From a virus (Duplodnaviria; Caudoviricetes), in the IMG/VR virus record IMGVR_UViG_3300032087_003663, positions 1 to 54,657 of that record: DNA of 54,657 bases; one strand, 5' to 3'. Shown here piece after piece: positions 6,851 through 15,800 of the stretch. The notes under the pieces were generated by a model. It was not told the DNA's origin. It did not search any database and worked only from the letters and a program-made list of their open reading frames with translations. The first letter of the stretch is position 1. Each line of letters begins with the position of its first letter. Position numbers and translations under genes: made by a program.

Positions 6851-9800
6851 TAGTTTGCTCCCTTTTCTTGGTTCTTTCGGCGTTCCTTGCTACGTTTTGC
6901 AAGGATCTCAATTAAGAGTTCATATTGCGAAACTGCCCTTAATTCTTCTTCAGTCATGTTGGCTTTAATTTCATCGGGTATGTAGCTTTTTTGGAACTGC
7001 CTAGCACCCTGAGTTTGCAGAAACAATTCTGCTCTTTCTCGCAGGACTGCATCCTGACGTTGAGGACTTACGCTTGAAATCCTAAGTCCCGTCAAAGTAT
7101 TTGCTGCCCGTTGGGCAATGTTCTTTCGAGGATCAAACGCCGTCCTGACTGTATTTGTGTACCGGCTAAACGGCGATGCACCAGCAACTGCTTCGGTAAG
7201 TTTACCGAGGCGATACGGTTGCTTGCGATCTTTGTCTCGCAGTCCCAATCCTTGCGCCACGTTGCTTAACGCGCGACCCAACGGTGGATCAGCATCGTCC
7301 AAGTCAACACCACCGCTCACGCTCTGCTGGAAAGAGGATTCATCGAACGCAAGCTCCAGCGGGAGTTTCAATAGAGGGTTCATGTTGCCGATAACATTAA
7401 AGGCTGCATCACCTGGGTTTAATGCAGCAAACGGAGCCAACTGCTGGACTGGCTGCTCATGCATCATTCCGATGTTTGTCAGGTAATGCCTTGTGCCATC
7501 AGCGTTTGATCCCATTGGGAGAGACAGTCCTTTGCTGATGTACGTTGGGGTGGCAACATCCCTATCGCGACCATGACGCTGCGCACGAATTGCAATTCCC
7601 ACTTTCCCGGCTGGGTTCGTCGCCAACTCGTTAGCTAGGTAGACCGACATCCCCCTGCTGAAACTATAAAACGGGAAGAACCTTCGCATGTATTCCTTCT
7701 CAAAGGACGACAGGTTTGAGTAGTCCACCTGAACCAGCTTGACTATCCTTGCTGCCTCTTCTGGACTGTAGCCTTGGCGAAGCAACGCAATGAAGCCACC
7801 GGCGCGATGCTGAATTTCCACGGCATCACCGACATTTTGCGCAATGTCTAAATACTTTTTGTAGGTATCACGAACACGAATGACAGCCTTTTCCGACTGC
7901 GACATGCCTGCCTTAGCCCTTTTCGCAACTGGAGCCGTTTTTGATCTATTCAGTGCAAAAGAATTGCGTCCGAAAATAACCTTATCGTGCCTGCCAAAAC
8001 TTGGGCCGATCATTTGGGACCGAAGTGTTGCTGGGGCTTCACCGGGAATGTCGCGATGCGTTCCAGGGGCATTGATGATTTCATGGATAAACAACAACTC
8101 AGCAATCTCTTCCGTTGCTGCTTCGTCCTTGTTCTGTCCCTTGGCAACCTTGAGATCGCTGAATAGAGGAATGTCGCCAGCACCCTCAATGGTCTTGCCC
8201 TTCATTAAGGACTGACTATCTCCGTAAGGCTTGGTGTATCGACGAATATCCATTGCGCCGAAACGCGGATCAGTCACATCGTTGAGTGCATTCTGTATGA
8301 AACCGGAGAAGTAGTTCCTGACATGGAACCCTGGGTTGGTGCTTGTGACGTTTGTCTTGAATAGTTTGTTGTACCCGTCAAACCAGCCAATGAGCGAACC
8401 AATGCTGCTGTCGTCAGTCAGGTATGTGGTTGCCTTACTGACACTCACCAAGTCTTCAGCAATACGGCGAGGCAGTTTGACTTGCCCAAGCCACATCTGC
8501 GGCTCGATGTCTAGCTCCACACCCTTGTACTTGCGCTTGTCGCTACGCAAGGCGTTCCTGTACCAGTCGTCGTAAGATGCCTCTGGTATGTCCTGAATCT
8601 GCCTTTCAACACCCCTGAGTTGGCTCCTTAGCTCAGAAATGGCAGCTTTGTCATCAGACCCAGCAAGATCCTCCAGCTTGCCCTTCAGTTCATCTGCTTC
8701 GTTTTGCCAGTTGTCGCGATTTTCAATCCACCTTCGACGCCGGGCTGAATGCCGCTCACGCAAAATGTTTTGGCGGGCTGTTTCTGCGGCCTCTGGTGGT
8801 ATCAAGGCGACCATTGCTTTTCTTGCACGATCACCGCGATGATTTAGTTTCTTGGTTGTGGATCTTAGTGCGTCCAGATTGACGCCCATCGCGCCCATGA
8901 CGCTCTCGCCAGTTTCCGAGAAGAACGGAACCATGCCACTCGACTCAGGCTTCAAAAGTTCATTGAACAACTGGCCGACTCTTACATCATTTGCCAGCGA
9001 CTCGCCCCTCTTGCCCATGAGCTTAGACAAGTGCTGCTTGAACCCAGCCATGTACTTGTGCATGCCAACGGGAGGCTTGATCTTGCCCTCAGAGAAACGG
9101 ACCATGTCCTCTGCCATCCATTCCCTAGCCGACTTGGTTACTCCGCCCTTGGTGATACGCAAGTCCCAATTATTGTTGACCACGCCATACGTCTTCTGTG
9201 CCTGCTGACTTAGTGACGGATCAAGTCGGTCAAGTTCTTCGACCACCAAGTCTGACATGACTCGGACCATGTCCTGCGGCCTTGCTCCATCCATCGCACG
9301 GACGACTGTTCTCTTGCTGTTCGTCGCCCACTTGCTGCTAGGCATCTCCACTTGAGCTACTACTTCACCCTCTGCATTCCTGACTTCCCTCTTGACGCCA
9401 GAGAATGCTGACTGGAACAGCATGTCGGGATCTTTGCCCTCATCCGGCTTTGGCTTGTAAACCAAGTCTTCTGGTGTGGCATCGTCACCAAACAAATCCA
9501 TTTGATCACGGTCAACCTTAGCGTTGGATGTCTCAAACAAACTGCCTTGCTTGGCCTTTGGACCCTTCTTGATATCGCTTCTAAACTTTCGTCGCTTACC
9601 TTCGCCTTGAAACAGCCCCATCTGGTCACCAGCTACGGCATCCTCGTTCAGTAACGGTGCTGCTGGTTGGATTCCAGGCTGACTAACCTCAAGGGGATCT
9701 TCAATAGGAAACGGAATCGAATCAGCCGAGCCGCGATTCTGTGTCACAAGTTGCTTCGGCCACACTCCTCTGATACGGTCAAATCCTGACCTCTTGCCCT

Positions 9801-12800
9801 GCTCGCTCCACCGGATAGCCTCCTGACCACCAGCCGACTCAAGGATCACCGGCATTTTGGTTTCACCCTGTGCCGCCAATTCCATCGCACGGTGGCGACC
9901 CTCATGACCAACAACGCTCGCTGTCCCTTTTCCATCATTGCTAAATGACAGGTAAGGAAGGTCGCTAAACTTCTGCCCCTCTGCTACTGCTGCTGCGACA
10001 TTTTCCTGGCTCGATGGGCGGGCCTGATCCAAACGCTCTGCCATCCGCAGGAAATCTTGGATGTCCATCTCAACGATAGTACGTCGCGACTTATAGCCCG
10101 TGTCTGCTCTGTCGAACGCCTTTTGGTCAAAGTATTTGCCAGCCTCAAACATTTCAGGCTTGGGGTCTTGGCGAACAATAGCCCGCTGGAATTGCTCGTC
10201 AGGTGAAAGGCTTTCATTAGCAGCCTGCCTTCCTCTTGCAGCAATAACCTGATCGAAGATGTCACCCTCTTCATCTATCTGATCAACACCAAACACTTGC
10301 TCGTACACGCTCTGGCCGCGTTCCCTAGCCAGCTTGTCGGTCAAATCAAGTATCTGTTCGTCAGAGTAAATGTCTGGCTTACTCATTGCGATAGTATCAC
10401 GATACTTGGACTTTGGACCTTTTGCACCTCTGCGTTTATTTAGAGCCACAATCTCGCGATTGATTTCAAGATCAAGCAAAGCCTGAAAAATAGCTTCATC
10501 AGGATTGTTTTCGGTTGGCGAAAGCTGTGAAATGATTGGTGAATGCTCGCCAAAGTATTGAGTTGATGAAGCATCGTCAGAAAACTGCCAAGTTGTGTAA
10601 TCACCACCACGACCAGTGCTGTCATTTAGCGAGTCAACTATATGGCCTTTCTTAACAACACCTCGCTCGACATGATTGCGAGCAGACCTTGCCATCTTGA
10701 TAATGTTGTTGTCGATACGGTTGGCGTGCTGCTTTTCGGATTCGGTGAACACGCCATTCTTTTTCTTTCTTGGGACGGTAAACTTATCCCGCAGCAGTCG
10801 CAGCATCTGCGCCTGCTTTGTGCCGTCAATCGCATCATCTAAATGCAACGCAAGTGCGTCTTCAATTTCTTCTCGACGCGCTTTGGTTATGCTGTTTTTG
10901 TGGACACCGTAGTAATCCGCCAAGATGTCCCTTCGGCGGTGATGCTCTTTCCTTGATACCTTTGGTCGATTAGGAACATCGGGACCACGCTGCACTGGCT
11001 CTTTGCCAAGCATCGTGTCAAAGATGTCACGCATCTCATCCGACAGTTCCCGCTCCAGTGGCGTTCCGATTGCACCCTTGTATACGTCGATCAACCACTG
11101 CTTCATCCTGGAGAACACACTCTCCAGTTCTTTCGTTGGTGCTTTGCCAATAGATAGATAGCGTTCAAAGTCCTCAGCAAAAGCCTCTTCTTGTTCAACT
11201 GTCCATCTCGCAGCATTGACGCCATAGTGTTGTTCAGCACGCAAAAGCAAGTCGTCATCTAGCAGGTGCAACTGTCGCCTGAATGCGTGGGATAACTCAT
11301 GCGGCAAAGTGCTAAGATCGGAACCGTTAAACAAAGTAATAACCGCTTCTTCGCCAAGCTGGTTGGTAAAAATGGTTCCGCGAGGCGTACCCACCGCATC
11401 TCGCATTCGCTGGTGCAGCACGTTTTGAATATGCACATCCGCGTCATCAAAAATGACAAAGTTGTAACTCGCAGGCTTGTTGGTTCCGCGAGAAGTTCCG
11501 TCTAGGTATTTGACTCCCTTAACACCTCGCTCCAATAACATCTCCGAGGCTTCTTTCGGGGAAAAAATCGTTTCAAGCATGCGCAAGAAGTCGCCTCCCT
11601 CTGGGTCTTCGCCCAAGCCCATTGCCATTAGGGTTTGCTGGCGTACTGACATGCCGTCAATTTCTTTGACGAAGTCTTCCGGTGTGAGAAACTGACGTAA
11701 CCTAGCAATTTCGGGATCAACGCTGGCTTCGGCAGCATCGTAAATTGCGTCCTCGAATAACGGATACAATTCCTTCTCAAGGATGTCATCCAAAGCCTTG
11801 GCTACAACAGGGCTTGCGTCGGGGCCGAACGATGGATCATCCCACATGAGGTATTCACTCTCCTTGGGAGCAAGGTCAACCTCGTACAAGGTTCCTTTGC
11901 CTTGAACTAACTCACCATCGTCAACCATTCGATACATGGTCGCAATGATGTCTTCTGCTGGATAGATATCATCCTCGGTTAAAACATCCAGATCATAATC
12001 ACCAAGATTGCGAGCAGCGACTTTATCTGCACGCACACCTCTTGCATCAATCGTGTTGTATTGCCTTGCTTTGTACCGCAATGCACGCTCCACGGACGCT
12101 AGGTTGCGACCCGCTAGCGGTGGGCGCAGTGCTTCAATAACCTGTGCAACAAGGTATCGTTGGTCTGAGTTTCTAGCTGCGATCACCTCCGCATCAGAAA
12201 CAAAAGGATCATGCCCGAAAAATTTCGCCCTGTACTCTCCTATGCTCATATCGTCATAGTGCGCATCAGGAAATTGGTTCAAATCCCAGTCTGATATTTT
12301 TTCCCCGTTATACCGCCAACCACTCAAAGTCTCTCGGTAGTATCTGGCAACGCCCTTGCGTGATGCAAAGTAAAGGCCGTACCCATACACTTGCGCGCCT
12401 TCGCCCGTTCCTATCTTGCTTAAAGTAAACGCATCAAATGGCGGGATTCCGTTGCCATGAAAAGCTGACTGCTTGAGTATGTCGAAACGAGTTCCATGTG
12501 ACTTAATAGCGTTACGAGTTGTTCCGTACTCAGTTACCTCTCGCATAAACAATGTATTGCCAACAGCAATGACATCATTTCCTCTCCTGACTTCTTTTCC
12601 GTTACGCTTGTTATAGAAGAAGTTTGCTTTCTTTGGATTGAAGCCGAGCGGAGTCCAAGAATCTATGTCTGCTGGTATAACATTCTCCGCACCCTGCGGC
12701 GCACTAAGCTCTCCATATGCTCTCGCTAGAGTGGTTTTATTCTTTTCTCCTCTCGCGATGCGGTTGGACTCCTTTTGCTGCCCGACAGTAAGCTTCAAGT

Positions 12801-15800
12801 CAACCTCACCCTCGATCCGGGCATACCCTGCGTGAGCTATAACCTTTCCGCCTGCCTTGCCCTCATGCAACGTAACGACATATTCCCCGCTACTTTCAAA
12901 CGCAGGAATATCTATTCGCACCCCGACTCGTTGACCATCAAACTGGGAGATATCGACGACCTTGTCTCTCTTGTCAGAAGACAATATCTGACGCAACCTA
13001 TCGTTGCTTGGGATTCCTGTCTGCGAAATCCACTCACTATTTCGTGCGTCACCTATTGCCTGAAAGTCACCAGCACTAAGGTCAGACTTCATCCACGCCT
13101 TAAATGCAAGATTGTGTTTTTCTCCGCTGGTCGCTCCAGGCTTGAGCGATTCATCTCGCGTTAGAATCCATACGTCATACTGCGACCGAAAAACGGGATG
13201 GCGAGACTGTGCAAGAACCAAAGGATCTGTTTCAGTACGCACAAGAGATGAAACCGGCTGGCCTTTTATTAACTCAGCTTGGCTTAGAGTGTCCTCCCTG
13301 CCTTTGATATATTCGTCCAGCCGCCGGACTTGTGTCAGGTATCTCTCGTAGTATTCATCCACCGATCCGACATTGTTTTCTGACTTTACTACTTGGTTAG
13401 CAAAAGCATCTGACAACGCAATGTTGGCCGCGGCCTGTTCCTCACCAACAGTCTCAATCATCTGTGAGTAAACCCTGTCCCTTGCAGACGCGGTTGGGTC
13501 CAACTGATCTACCGCTCTCGGAGGAACCTTGAGATACGATTCAACCGATTGCTTTGCCCTCGCAAACTCACGCTTGATAGTGTTGAATTGCTTCCTTGTG
13601 AGGTCACCGCCTAGCTCTTGGCGTGACATATCAAGGTAAGTGTTTATACTGTCATCAACAGACTGCTCAAGGATTTCTGCGGCAAGCTCACCATCTTGCT
13701 TCATGGCATCGTCAAACCGCCCACCAGCGAGCATCTCCGATACCTCACCAACACGCTCACGAAACTCGGCTTCGTCAGCAGCCTGCGAATAACCCAGACG
13801 CTCGATCAATTCATCATCGCCATCTAGCATCTGACTTTGGAGAGATTCGGCAATGCTATCAGGATCATCTAAGCGATGGCTAATTGCCCGCATCTGTTCA
13901 TTGGTAAGCTCTAGCTGCCCTGTGGCCCTTCGCTCTCGCGGTCCTACCTGGACGCTTGTGTCCCTAGAAGGCTTGCGGATCATGACGATGTTCTGATCAA
14001 CAACAGTCTTCGTCCCATCTGCCCGGTAATCTACATCAAGCCTTACGCCCTCATGCCCTCGTCTATCCATCTCTGCGCGAAACTTGCTAACAGCTTCGTC
14101 ACCGATGTAATAATCTTCAAAAGAAGGATCAAGACGCTCGTAAAGATTTCCGTCTTCTGCGTCTACTCTGACTCCGATGCTTTCTAAGACCTCATTTGCC
14201 TCGCTTTCACTAATTAGCTTTGACTCATCAATCTCAAAGCGAAGCACCCTTCCGCCACCCGCGTTCGATTCATCTGCATAACGAGCCGCTTCTGACTTGT
14301 CCTTTGAAACAAACAAAAGACCATCGGACTCAGTCAAACCCGCCGGGTCTGGTGTCCCGTGATACACAGTAGTCAGCGATCCGCTTATTGCATCATCGAG
14401 CTTGCTAGTGCTTGGTCGCTTTGCAGCAGTACGCAGAGTCTCTGCTTTTTGCGAGGCGGCTGACTTACTGGCTAACTTATCTACTCTTGCCAGCACATTG
14501 GCATCTTCATCAAGAAAAACCAAACCAGCAACTTGGTTTCTTTCTTGGTATGACTTCATGATCGCATCTGGATACATGTCCTCAATCGTATCCACAACAC
14601 GACCCGGCACGATAAATCGATTGCCAAGCCCGTCAACGTATTGTGAAAGCTGCATTCCCTCTACTTCGGCATAGCCTTGGTATCCTGCATCGCCACTGAC
14701 AGACCTGACGATCTTGTCCTCGAAATCCTGTACGCTTTCCCTAGCCGCCCGCATTGTGTTGTCGCTTGCAGGCGTGCGGTTGCGGCCAAGACTTGCTAAG
14801 GCAGACGACTGATCGTCATCAGCAAGACGTATCATGTAAGATACACCATCAGACTTCCCCATAAAGAAGCCGGTTGCGTCGAGTACGTTGAGTGATCGAG
14901 AATCACTTGCATCGAACTGACTGAGCATCTCACCTGGCTCAAGCGGAGCGACATCTATTTCAGCGTCATCAAACTTGATGTTGCTCAGGTTCTCCTGAAC
15001 AGAATCTTGCTTGGCCTTGCCAGCCCTCTTTTTTGCCTCCTGATATATCGTCTGGCGAATCTGCTCGGCTGATCTTCCTTTAAGGCCATGACCTTCGCCA
15101 AATAGCTCATTGCGAAGTTTTCTTAACGCCGGGGCATTGACAGCAAGTACACCACCTTCCGCTGTCAGTTCCTCCAGGCTGGACTCACTTATCTCTCGTA
15201 TCCTGCTTTCGATGGTCGCGGTTTCTGCCGCATCGTCGATTTTCGTTACTCCCTTGGTATCACCCTCTTGGGCAGGAGATGATGACCCATCCGGTGTTCC
15301 CGCAGTAGGGCCATCTGGCTCAGGGGTTGCAGGATCGCCGTCACCGCCGGGGCCATCTCCACCATCAGGCCGCTTTACACCCGCACCTGTCTGATCAGGT
15401 GGAGTCCTGCCGTCCTGTATGTCAAGCTGCCGAACAACATCGCTCATGCCTTGGTCAGTTCCGCGACCGACTGTCTGAGCTGCCTCGCTTACTGTACCCA
15501 ACGCACTTTCAGCACCCTCAACTCCAAATGCGTTTTTGATTGCGGCTTCTGTCTCGTCGATGCCACGATCACGGACGACCATCGAATCCGCGACGATCTT
15601 TCGCAGCACATCTGCATTCGACCTAGCTTTATATGCTGACTCCAACGCTCTCAATGCCGCATCCGCTGGGTTGACGCTAAACAACGGGATATTCTTTTGG
15701 ACATCCTCTGGCGTTCGTTCAGTGATAGCCTTGAACAAGTCCTTCTTGGCATCGTCTGACAAATTTGCCATCTCTGCCCCATAGCCCTTGTCTACGGAGA

